Assembly: GCA_039027055.1 (NCBI GenBank)
Contig: JBCCLD010000002.1
Location: forward strand, 1 to 48,762
DNA: 48,762 bases
Direction of reading: 5' to 3'
Origin: Bacteroidota bacterium
Lineage (GTDB): Bacteria; Bacteroidota; Rhodothermia; Rhodothermales; Rubricoccaceae
The notes under the pieces were generated by a model, which searched no databases, had not been told where the DNA came from, and saw nothing but the letters and a program-made list of their open reading frames with translations. Each line of letters opens with the position of its first letter. The stretch's first letter is position 1. Below are positions 10,190-18,463 of the stretch, piece by piece. The position numbers and the translations under genes were made by a program.

Positions 10190-10504
10190 ATGCTCGTCAG
10201 CACCACCTCGTCCCTGGACGGTCGCCCCGTGACGGAGTACCTCGGCCTCGTCTCGGGCGAGGCGATTCTGGGCGCGAACGTCGTCCGTGACTTCTTCGCG
10301 GGCATCCGCGACGTGATCGGCGGGCGCTCCGGGGCCTACGAGCGCGAGCTGCGCAAGGCCAAGGACATCGCGCTCGACGAGATGACCGACCTAGCCGCCG
10401 AGATGGGGGCCGATGCCGTGATCGGCGTCGACCTTGACTATCAGACTGTTGGCCAGGGCATGCTCATGGTCACGGCCTCGGGCACGGCAGTCCGCCTCCG
10501 CTGA
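10190..10504 (+). CDS. YbjQ/UPF0145 family (putative heavy-metal-binding) protein
   Basis: [65 protein letters not shown]...[13 protein letters not shown] is the canonical UPF0145 sequence. The start was trimmed to ATG 10190. Confidence 0.9.
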   Translation: MLVSTTSSLDGRPVTEYLGLVSGEAILGANVVRDFFAGIRDVIGGRSGAYERELRKAKDIALDEMTDLAAEMGADAVIGVDLDYQTVGQGMLMVTASGTAVRLR

Positions 10505-10593
10505 TCACCTCGGCTCACCGCTCGAGCCAGCGCTACCACCACCCTTCACTCCCCGCTGCACACCGTCTCGTCTCACGCAGCCGCCCCGCGCTC

Positions 10594-11469
10594 ATGCAAG
10601 CTCCCGCGTCCCCTCCACCCCCTATCTCCACTGGCGACGGCGCGCCCGCGACGCGTCGCCGCGTGCTCGACTTCGACCCGAAGCGCGACGGCTTCGCGTT
10701 CACGAACGCGTTCGTCTGGACCGACCACGACCACGACTTTCTCACCGAGCAACTCCAGCCGCTCCTCGTGGGCGCCGGGGGTTTGCTCGGCGGCCTGGCC
10801 GGACAGTTCATCGGGCGCAAGCGTGTACTCGGCTCCCTCGTGGCTGGCACGGTCGGGTCTATCGCGGCCCGGTGGCAGGGCCGGGCGCTGGTCGAGAGCG
10901 TGGCCCGGCAATGGAGCCAGTTCGGACTCTGCGGTGGGATGGCGCTGGCCGCCGTTGAGCGGTGGCCACTTCAGGCGGGGCTCCCCACGGCCAAGCTGGA
11001 ACGCGAGCGCGTACGGGCGCTCCTCCGACGGCGGCAGGCGCGGACGCTCCGCGCGGCCTGGCAGCCGTTCCTTCGCTACTGGCTCGGCGTACGGGCTCGC
11101 CCCGACGGCGTGCCCTATGCCCCGTACGGCGACGACCTCCTCGCCGCCTACCGCCAGATCCGCCAGCGCATCGACGGCGGACGGCCTGTCGTGGTCGGCC
11201 TCGTCGGCGACGCGCCGGACGTGTTCGCGCAGCACCAGGTTGCCTGCTTTGGCTACGCCGACCACGAGGGGGTCGCGGGCGGCACGCTACTCATCTACGA
11301 CCCCAACAGCCCCGGCCAGATCAAGACCATCACCGTCGAGGCGTTCGGTAGCCATCCGCGCCGCTGCTTCGTCTCGACCGACATCGAGACCGGCCCGCGT
11401 GCCGACGGGACCTACTTCGTCAGCCAGCGCCACAACCACCTCAGCACGCTCTTCGTCGTCGATGCCTGA
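10594..11469 (+). CDS. hypothetical protein; possible papain-fold (C39-like) cysteine peptidase with a glycine-zipper segment
   Basis: Candidate catalytic Cys in WSQFGLCGGMALAA. Candidate His and Asp in HQVACFGY...LLIYDPNSPG (compare H.vV..g...i.DPa.G of C39-like peptidases). The Gly-rich hydrophobic stretch is LLVGAGGLLGGLAGQFIG...LVAGTVGSIAA. The function is inferred from motifs only. Confidence 0.6.
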   Translation: MQAPASPPPPISTGDGAPATRRRVLDFDPKRDGFAFTNAFVWTDHDHDFLTEQLQPLLVGAGGLLGGLAGQFIGRKRVLGSLVAGTVGSIAARWQGRALVESVARQWSQFGLCGGMALAAVERWPLQAGLPTAKLERERVRALLRRRQARTLRAAWQPFLRYWLGVRARPDGVPYAPYGDDLLAAYRQIRQRIDGGRPVVVGLVGDAPDVFAQHQVACFGYADHEGVAGGTLLIYDPNSPGQIKTITVEAFGSHPRRCFVSTDIETGPRADGTYFVSQRHNHLSTLFVVDA

Positions 11470-11534
11470 GGGACGTGGGACGTATGGGCGGGTGAACGTG
11501 AGCATGTCCGGCCCTTCAGCTCTGCGTTCGCACC

Positions 11535-12557
11535 CTACCGCTCTACGCGGCCGAGGGTGACGACGACCGGGAAGTGGTCGGGCGCGACGAGCGGGTCGTG
11601 GCTGTGCACGTAGGTGACCTCACGGATCGCCGCGTACAGGTCGGCGCTCAGGAGGATGTGGTCGATCGCGGACAGCTCGCCGCGGTCCACGGTGCCGTTT
11701 CCGTTGCGGTCGTAGAGCGCCGTGAAGCGGCGGCGCTGCGGGACGTCGCCCATCACGTTGGTGAGGTCGTCGGTGGGGTCGGCGGGGTCGGCGCTCCGGA
11801 TGCGGGTGAGCACGTCGGTGATCGGCTGCGAGCCGCGCACGTCGCGGACCGAAGCGTCGAAGTCGTTGAAGTCGCCAAGCACCGCAACAGCGCGCCCCGC
11901 CTCCTGCTCGCGGACGACGAGGCGGCGGATGACCTCGGCCTGGGCCTCGCGACGGTCCTTGCGGGTGGTGTCGTCGGGACGCGCTAGAAAGTGCACGCCG
12001 ATGAGCGTCGCGGGCGTGCCACTGGGGAGCGTGAGCCGCACCCAGAGGTTCTTCGAGACCCCGTAGGTCTGCTCGCTCATCGCGCCGACGGGCACGCGCA
12101 CGTTGGTCCGCCCGGCCTCTTCGATGGGCAGCCGCGTCAGCAGCGCCACGTTCTGCCGCGTGAATGTGTCCGTGCCGTTCACGAGCACGCCGGTGTAGCC
12201 GAGGCCCTCCAACTGCTCGTCAATGAGCAGATCGAGCGCGCGTTGGTTTTCGACTTCCTGGAGCATCACAAGGTCGGCATCGAGCATCTGCACGACGCGC
12301 CCGACGCGTGCCCGGTGCGCCTGCGACGCCTCAGGGTCGCCCTTCCAGTCGAAGCCGGCCGCGCCCTCCTCCTCGTCGCCGTCGAACATGAACTCGGCGT
12401 TCAGCGTGGCGAGGCGCAGCCCCTCGGTCTTGAACGTGGGTGGCGGTTCCACCTCGAAGCCGCTCGCGGACGGCAGCGAGATGGACGGCCCGGAGCACCC
12501 CGCACACCCGGCGAGGACGAAGAGCAGGAGTAGGGGAGCAAGGGAGCGAGGAGACAT
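11535..12557 (-). CDS. endonuclease/exonuclease/phosphatase (EEP) family lipoprotein
   Basis: Lipoprotein signal peptide MSPRSLAPLLLLFVLAGCAGC. EEP motifs are present: ATLNAEF, VMLQEVEN, LIGVHF, VLGDFNDF, DHILLS, APDHFPVVVTL. I prefer ATG 12557 over the upstream TTG at 12599. Confidence 0.85.
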   Translation of the reverse strand: MSPRSLAPLLLLFVLAGCAGCSGPSISLPSASGFEVEPPPTFKTEGLRLATLNAEFMFDGDEEEGAAGFDWKGDPEASQAHRARVGRVVQMLDADLVMLQEVENQRALDLLIDEQLEGLGYTGVLVNGTDTFTRQNVALLTRLPIEEAGRTNVRVPVGAMSEQTYGVSKNLWVRLTLPSGTPATLIGVHFLARPDDTTRKDRREAQAEVIRRLVVREQEAGRAVAVLGDFNDFDASVRDVRGSQPITDVLTRIRSADPADPTDDLTNVMGDVPQRRRFTALYDRNGNGTVDRGELSAIDHILLSADLYAAIREVTYVHSHDPLVAPDHFPVVVTLGRVER

Positions 12558-12616
12558 GACGAAGCGGAGAGGCGGGGAAACGACAAAGCGAGGAGACAAC
12601 GGCGTGCGAAATCGAG

Positions 12617-12839
12617 CTAGGGTGAGCGCAAGGGGTATTCTGCGCGATCACCTCTAGACGGGGCAGGGGAGCTAGGTTGGTCAACCACCCCTGTCCCAAA
12701 AAGACAGGCAACCCCGCAGCGCAGTGCGCTGCCCTGTCCAGAGCCTGCCCTCGCGGAAGCGGGGGAGGGAAACTCCGGATGCGGCTTTCACACCCGAGCG
12801 ACGAGAACGCAAAAGACTCGTTGATCATGCACTAGGACC
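12617..12839 (+). repeat. intergenic repeat family 1, copy A (longer variant)
   Basis: ctagggtgagcgcaaggggt...gcgcgatcacctct...aggttggtcaaccacccctgtccc ... cgcaaaagac.cg.ttg.tcatgcactagg aligns with copy B at 28381-28546. It carries an extra internal insert of about 57 nt. Confidence 0.85.
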
Positions 12840-12845
12840 TGAGAC

Positions 12846-13814
12846 CTACGATCCGGCGGCGACCTGCGATCCGGCGACGACCGGATCGAGTACGGTGAGC
12901 GAGGCGGTGGTGCCGGTGACGGTAAGGCGAGCACGGACCCCGACGGGGAGCGTCGACTTCACGGGGAAGTGCCCGTAGACGAGGCCCCGAGCGACTGGAA
13001 TGGCAAGCGACGCGGCGTAGTGCTCAAGCACCTCGTCCACGGTGAACGAGGCGGGCTGACCGCTGGGCGGTGTCGTGCTCGTGAACGCGCCGAAGACGAG
13101 GCCGCCGAGTTGGTCGAGGAGGCCCGCGAGCCGAAGCCGCGCCAGCAGCCCGTCGATGCGGTAGGGAGCCTCGCCGATGTCCTCGACGAAGAGGATCGCG
13201 CCGGTGAGGTCGGGGAGGTAGGGCGTGCCGAGAAGCGCTGCCACAAGCGAGAGGTTGCCGCCGAGCAGCGTGCCGGTGGTGTCGCCCGGCTGCATCGGGA
13301 CGAGCGGTTCGCTGCCCGGCCCTACGATGTCGACGGGCACGGTGCCGCCCGCGAGTGCCCAGAACTGCGCCTCAGCGGCCCGGCCTGCATCGGACTCGGC
13401 GAGGCGCGGCCAGTCGGGCGCAGCCATGGGGCCAGAGAGACCGGGCAGGCCCGCGTGCGCGAAGAGCGCGAGGTGCAGCGCCGTGATGTCGCTGTAGCCG
13501 ACGATCAGCTTCGGGTGACGGCGCGCAACGGCGTAGTCGAGCCGGTCGAGGAGGCGCAGGACGCCGTAGCCCCCGCGCACACAGACGAGCGCGTCGAGGT
13601 CGTCGCGGGCGAGGAGCGCGTTGAGCGCGGCAGCACGCTCCTCGTCGGAGGCCGCGAGGTAGCCCGTTGGGGCGAGGTGCGGTACCTCGACGGTCAGCCC
13701 GCGTGCTTCGAGCGCCGCGACTCCGGCCTCGAGGTGGTCGGGCGAGCGCGGCGGGCTGGCCGGGGCCACGAGGGCGATGCGGCTATCGGGACGGAGCGGC
13801 GGCGGAAGCGGCAC
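12846..13814 (-). CDS. ldcA: LD-carboxypeptidase (peptidase S66, muramoyltetrapeptide carboxypeptidase-like)
   Basis: RIALVAPASPP, VCVRGGYG, nucleophile motif IVGYSDITALH, and C-terminal YGHFP...LPVG. It uses a GTG start. Confidence 0.85.
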   Translation of the reverse strand: MPLPPPLRPDSRIALVAPASPPRSPDHLEAGVAALEARGLTVEVPHLAPTGYLAASDEERAAALNALLARDDLDALVCVRGGYGVLRLLDRLDYAVARRHPKLIVGYSDITALHLALFAHAGLPGLSGPMAAPDWPRLAESDAGRAAEAQFWALAGGTVPVDIVGPGSEPLVPMQPGDTTGTLLGGNLSLVAALLGTPYLPDLTGAILFVEDIGEAPYRIDGLLARLRLAGLLDQLGGLVFGAFTSTTPPSGQPASFTVDEVLEHYAASLAIPVARGLVYGHFPVKSTLPVGVRARLTVTGTTASLTVLDPVVAGSQVAAGS

Positions 13815-13931
13815 AGCGCGGCGGGGGCGTGCGAACGGGTAGACGTCTGAACGTACGCGATTCCCCGCGCCACGTGCGGAGGTGCGTTTGCTCGTTCGCC
13901 GACTCCTCGGTTCGCCAGCTCCCCGACGCCC

Positions 13932-14384
13932 TTACCCGCGCTCCAGGAACACGAGCGCGGAGAAGTGCGGGCCGCTCGCGCTCGTGGGCGCGACGTGGGC
14001 CACGCGCCAGCCGTCGGCGAGGGCGGCGTTGAGGGCGTCGAGGCCCTCAGTCTGGCTGCCACTGCGGGCGACGAGGATCACCTGCTGCGCCAGGGTCGCG
14101 GCGGCAGGGCGTGCGGCGAGGCGCTCCTGTGCGGGGGCGGTCGGGCGGTCGTCGGCGAAGAAGACGGAGCGCGTGCTGCCGCGCCGCTCCGGCGACGGCT
14201 CGTAGGTGCTGCGCCCACCGCCTTCACCGTCTTCCGGGAAGGCCGGAACCCGGTCGCGCGTGACGCGCCCGGCGGGGCCGAGGGGCGCAGTGACCGCCTC
14301 AGCCACGGGATCGGCGACCATAAACGGGTCTTGGCCGAGCGTGCCGAAGAAGTCGATGGGGAATTTCCGCTGGGGCTTGGACAT
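13932..14384 (-). CDS. small protein with a basic N-terminal peptide, a P/A/R/G-rich linker and a C-terminal GWRV module (DUF4177-like); candidate ParA partner
   Basis: MSKPQRKFPIDFFG..., then low complexity, then QQVILVARSGSQTEGLDALNAALADGWRVAHVAPTSASGPHFSALVFLERG. It is paralogous to the module in 15601..16005. It starts 44 nt downstream of the ParA-like gene on the same strand. It was trimmed from the 326-aa ORF-track entry. Confidence 0.6.
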   Translation of the reverse strand: MSKPQRKFPIDFFGTLGQDPFMVADPVAEAVTAPLGPAGRVTRDRVPAFPEDGEGGGRSTYEPSPERRGSTRSVFFADDRPTAPAQERLAARPAAATLAQQVILVARSGSQTEGLDALNAALADGWRVAHVAPTSASGPHFSALVFLERG

Positions 14385-14428
14385 GAGCCGGGCAGACGGA
14401 CGGGCTGTGGGTGAGGGAAGCGGAGGAG

Positions 14429-15283
14429 TCAGGAGGCGGGTGCCGAGACCGGGGCGGGCGCGCCGTCGCCGGCCACCTGCGCGCGGGACGCGCCGTTGAG
14501 CTGCGCGAACACCGCGGCGTAGCGACGGATGCGCTCGGTCACCTCGGTCACGAGCGCCTGGTAGTCCCTGGCGCCTTGGCTGTCGGGGGCGAACTCGTAG
14601 ATCGTCTGGCCGAGGCCGGGCGAGTCGCTCAGCGTGTCGTCCTTGCGGATCATCGTCTGGAAGACCTTGCTGCCGTAGTGCCCGCGCACCTGCTGCTCGA
14701 TCTCGGCGTGGCTCTCGTTGTTGGGGTCCACCATCGTCATGATGACGCCGAGCACCGGCGCGACGCGGCCCAGGTTCATGCGCACCTGCGTGACCACCTC
14801 GCCCAGGCTCACGAGGCCTTCGAGCGCGAGGTAGGAGGGAGACAGCGGGATGATGAAGGCATCGGCGGCGACGAGGATGTTCACCGACAGCAGCGACGTG
14901 GACGGCGGGCAATCCATCAGGATCACGTCGTACTCGTCCATGACCTCCTCGATGGTGCGCCGGAGGACGCTCTCGCGGCCCGAGTGCTCGGCGAGGCAGA
15001 GGTCGGCGTCAGCGAGGTCGAGGGAGCCGGTGATGAGGTGCAGGCGCGGGATGTGCGTCTGCAGAATGGCGCGCCGGATCGGCACTTCGCCGTAGAGGAC
15101 GTGCGCGATGGACGGGCGCAGCTTCGCCCGCTCGATTCCGAGCGCTAGCGAGGCCGAGGCCTGGCTGTCCATGTCGATCAGCAGCACCCGCTGCGTCTGC
15201 GCTAGGCCTGCAGCGAGGTTGATCGAGGTCGTCGTCTTGCCGACGCCGCCCTTGTTGTTGATGATGGAGATAACCTTGAGCAT
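14429..15283 (-). CDS. ParA/MinD-family P-loop ATPase (orphan; no ParB nearby)
   Basis: MLKVISIINNKGGVGKTTTSINLA is the deviant Walker A with signature Lys. DMDSQASAS is Walker A'. VILMDCPPS is Walker B. The start was trimmed to ATG 15283. Confidence 0.9.
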   Translation of the reverse strand: MLKVISIINNKGGVGKTTTSINLAAGLAQTQRVLLIDMDSQASASLALGIERAKLRPSIAHVLYGEVPIRRAILQTHIPRLHLITGSLDLADADLCLAEHSGRESVLRRTIEEVMDEYDVILMDCPPSTSLLSVNILVAADAFIIPLSPSYLALEGLVSLGEVVTQVRMNLGRVAPVLGVIMTMVDPNNESHAEIEQQVRGHYGSKVFQTMIRKDDTLSDSPGLGQTIYEFAPDSQGARDYQALVTEVTERIRRYAAVFAQLNGASRAQVAGDGAPAPVSAPAS

Positions 15284-15600
15284 GGGGCAGACAAGAGCGT
15301 CGGCGCTGAGAGCAGGCTGTGCGAGTGAGTACCTGACCCACACAAAAGGCAGGCCACCCCGCGCGCGCTGTCTAAAAAACACCTACGGGAGCCGTCAAAC
15401 CTAGCCCTGCTGCCTCTGTGCCGCCCCGTTTCCGCCGGCAGATGCGGGCGTTCCTACCCAGCCCACTTCCGCTCTTTCCTCCTCGCATGGCACAAAACAG
15501 CCACCCCCCGGCACGTCTCGTACCGGAGGGCGGCGGCAGGCTAGCCTCGGAGGGGAGGAAGACTAGCGTGTTGGAGTTCGATGGGGCGTGGCCGTGTGTG

Positions 15601-16005
15601 TCAGGAGGAGGGCGTGTCAACGGAACGCTCCCAGGTCACCACGGGCGGGAGGTCCCCCGCGCCGTCGCCCACGTAGCCACCGGTGGCCCCATGGCCGCGC
15701 TCGCCCCCACAGCGATGGGGACCGACATGCCGGTGCGGCGTGCGCGCGAGCAGAACCTGCACCTCGAAGTCGAGCGGGGCGGCGTCGGGGGGGGCTTCGG
15801 AGCGAACGCTCACCACGCGCCACCCTTCACGCAGCGCCGCGTGCAGCTTCTCCACCCCCTCTACCACGTCGCCGTGGCGCACGAGCGTCATGGTCTGCTG
15901 CACCAGGGATGACATGACCCCGGTAGCAGGTCCAGCGTCGGCCTCTGCAAACGCACTGGTGCGCCGGTGCAGAAACGAAGAGGGAAAGAGTCGGTGTTGC
16001 GTCAT
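15601..16005 (-). CDS. small protein with a GWRV module (DUF4177-like) and a His/Cys/Gly-rich tail; paralog of 13932..14384
   Basis: QQTMTLVRHGDVVEGVEKLHAALREGWRVVSVRSEAPPDAAPLDFEVQVLLAR aligns with the C-terminal module of the downstream small protein. GC3 is high in this frame. The start is either ATG 16005 or the internal ATG giving MSSLVQQ. Confidence 0.5.
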   Translation of the reverse strand: MTQHRLFPSSFLHRRTSAFAEADAGPATGVMSSLVQQTMTLVRHGDVVEGVEKLHAALREGWRVVSVRSEAPPDAAPLDFEVQVLLARTPHRHVGPHRCGGERGHGATGGYVGDGAGDLPPVVTWERSVDTPSS

Positions 16006-16468
16006 TGATCCACACGAGCTAGGCTAAGGAGGGGACGCGGCTGTAGGGTGGATCCAGCAGGTCGAGCCCCGTCGGTCAAAGCACAGGCCAACCGCATATG
16101 TGTGGACCAATCCCTACCCGCGAGTTAGGCTTACTCTCACACGCGATGTCCCATCTTGCTACACGCAGACGTACATATAGCAAGTCTAACCATCAATTAT
16201 ATATAATCAAAACAATGTTTTAGATAAGTAAGACAAACACTTACATCGAGACTGGAGAAATACCCTAAGTCTCTTGAAAACTGTTTGCTCGAGCCGACTG
16301 ATAACGAGACAGTCGAGGCGTTACAAAACACCCTCCAGGCGGGAAAAAGCGTAATAGGACCCCACATCAGTCTCCTATGCCGTTCTTTTGTCCAGCCTGA
16401 ACGCTCGGCTCGGCTCTCATATGACGCACTAAGCTTCCTCGTCTAGCCTTTCACCTCCCCCCGCTCTC

Positions 16469-18463
16469 ATGCCGTTGCCTGCCACCCCATGCCCTGCCAC
16501 GCCGACGACGCTCTGGTTCCGTTCTGCTGCGGGCGCCACACACGCCGTGCTGCTCGTCGGTCTACTCATGCTAGGTCGGGGAGCCGCCGCGCAGCCCGAT
16601 CCCACAGCCTCGGTCGCCACGCCGAAGGCCGTGCTCGGTACGGTTGCGCCCGATGGCTTTGGCACCAAAGCCTCGGCGTTGGGTCGCGTGGGAGTGGGCC
16701 GTCTGGAAGGCACCCCCGAGACGGTCACGCTGTCGTTTGAGCATGCCGCCGCGCTCGACTCCACCGCGCTCCGCATCGACGACGGGAGCCTGGCGGACCT
16801 GTTCGTCTTCGATGCGGCCCAGGGCGACACGGTGGTCGTAGCGATGACGTCGGAGGCCTTCACGCCGTACCTCGCGCTCGGCTATGGAGCGAGCACGGTG
16901 GCCCACGGGCGCGTGCAGCGCGTGCGGCCCATCGCGGAAGCCGTGGCCGTGGACGGCACGGCTGCGCTCCGCGTGGCGCTTCCTGCCGACGGCACCTACA
17001 CGCTGCTGGCCAACGCCGCCGCGCCCGGCGAGCAAGGCACTTATCGGTTGGAGGCGCAGTCCGTCACCGCCGCCGAGGCCCCGGCTCCGCGTCCGCTCCG
17101 CCTGAGCGACCTTCCCGGCTCGCCGTTCCGTGACAAGACCCTGGCCCCACGCTTCCTCGAATCTGGAGCGACCGTGACGGGCCGTCTCACGCAGAAAGAC
17201 CCGACGTTCTCGGACCAGACGCCCTTCCACACCTGGCTCTTCGAGGGCAACGCCGGCGACCGCATCCAGGCGACGCTGCGCTCGGACGACTTCGATCCGT
17301 ACCTCATTCTCGCCGAGGGCACGCCCAGCGCCCCAGACAAACTCGTGGAGAACAACGACGCCCCTGGAACGACGGACGGCACCGCCGGGATCACGTTTAC
17401 GCTAACCGAGAGCGGCACGTACACGCTCTACGCGAACACCGCCACGCCTGCCACCGGTGCCTACGCGCTGACCTATGAGGTCGTCGGGCGCGGCGCGGTT
17501 CCGGCGTCCACGCCCACCTCCGACTTCGCCACGCGCTACCCCGGCGGCGGCGACCCTGACGGGCGCTATGCCGTGCTCGTCGGCATCAACGACTACCCGC
17601 CGGGCGTCTCCGACCTCGCCACGCCGGTCTACGATGCCCGCCTGGTGCGCGACCTCCTCGTCGAGCGCATGGGCTACCGCTCCGAGGACGTGGTGCTGCT
17701 CACCGACCGCGAGGCGACGCGCGAGCACGTCCTCCAGGCCCTCGGGCGGCACCTCGGCCAAGCCGGACCCGACGGCTCCGTAGTGTTCTACTACTCCGGC
17801 CACGGCTCGCAGACCTACGACAACGAGGCCACGCAAGACCCCGAAGCCGACGAGCGCGACGAGACGCTGAGCCTCTGGAGCGACAACGGCGGTGTGGTCG
17901 ACCTCCTCGACGACGAGATCCGGGTGCTCCTCGACGCGCTACCGGCCCGCCGCAAGCTGCTCATCTTCGACTCGTGCCACTCGGGCACCGCCGCGCGCGG
18001 ATTCTTTGCCACGAAGCGCCTCGACCGTGACATCGCTGGTGTTGCTGATGCCTACACAGACGTGTCGAGCTACCTGACGCCAGAGACGCTGCCTGCCTAC
18101 GGCCTCACGCCACGCGTTGCCACAGGCGATCGCACCGCATCGGGCGGCGTGCTCGACGCAGACGGGCTGGCGGGGCCGTACGTCCTACTCTCAGGCTCTC
18201 AGGAAGACCAGTCGTCCTACACCTACACCGGCTGGGACCCCGAGGCCGGACGTGGCACGCGCGTGAGCGTGTTCACCTACTACCTGTTGGATGCCCTCGA
18301 AGCCTATGCGGACGCGCCCGACCAGACGCTCACGTTCGAGACGATGATGAATGGCGTGCGGGACACGACGGAATCGTTCATGGCAAAGCATCGCTACGCC
18401 CAGACGCCGCACCTCTCCGGCCCACTCGGCTCACTCCGCCTCGCCGAGTTCTTCGGACGCTAG
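16469..18463 (+). CDS. secreted caspase-family (peptidase C14) protein with two N-terminal PPC-like beta-sandwich domains
   Basis: It has a signal peptide ending LMLGRGAAAQP. Two repeats carry GDTVVVAMTSEAFTPYLALG and GDRIQATLRSDDFDPYLILAEG (pre-peptidase C-terminal-like). The caspase core is RYAVLVGINDY...VVFYYSGHGSQ (His) ...LLIFDSCHSGT (Cys). Confidence 0.85.
   Translation: MPLPATPCPATPTTLWFRSAAGATHAVLLVGLLMLGRGAAAQPDPTASVATPKAVLGTVAPDGFGTKASALGRVGVGRLEGTPETVTLSFEHAAALDSTALRIDDGSLADLFVFDAAQGDTVVVAMTSEAFTPYLALGYGASTVAHGRVQRVRPIAEAVAVDGTAALRVALPADGTYTLLANAAAPGEQGTYRLEAQSVTAAEAPAPRPLRLSDLPGSPFRDKTLAPRFLESGATVTGRLTQKDPTFSDQTPFHTWLFEGNAGDRIQATLRSDDFDPYLILAEGTPSAPDKLVENNDAPGTTDGTAGITFTLTESGTYTLYANTATPATGAYALTYEVVGRGAVPASTPTSDFATRYPGGGDPDGRYAVLVGINDYPPGVSDLATPVYDARLVRDLLVERMGYRSEDVVLLTDREATREHVLQALGRHLGQAGPDGSVVFYYSGHGSQTYDNEATQDPEADERDETLSLWSDNGGVVDLLDDEIRVLLDALPARRKLLIFDSCHSGTAARGFFATKRLDRDIAGVADAYTDVSSYLTPETLPAYGLTPRVATGDRTASGGVLDADGLAGPYVLLSGSQEDQSSYTYTGWDPEAGRGTRVSVFTYYLLDALEAYADAPDQTLTFETMMNGVRDTTESFMAKHRYAQTPHLSGPLGSLRLAEFFGR

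Noticed and set aside
16006-16108. Chromosomal origin (oriC) or parS next to the ParA gene
   Set aside because: There are only two imperfect DnaA-box-like 9-mers. There is no dnaA or dnaN, no parB, and no match to the TGTTNCACGTGAAACA parS consensus. It is kept only as a low-probability alternative in the AT-rich island finding.
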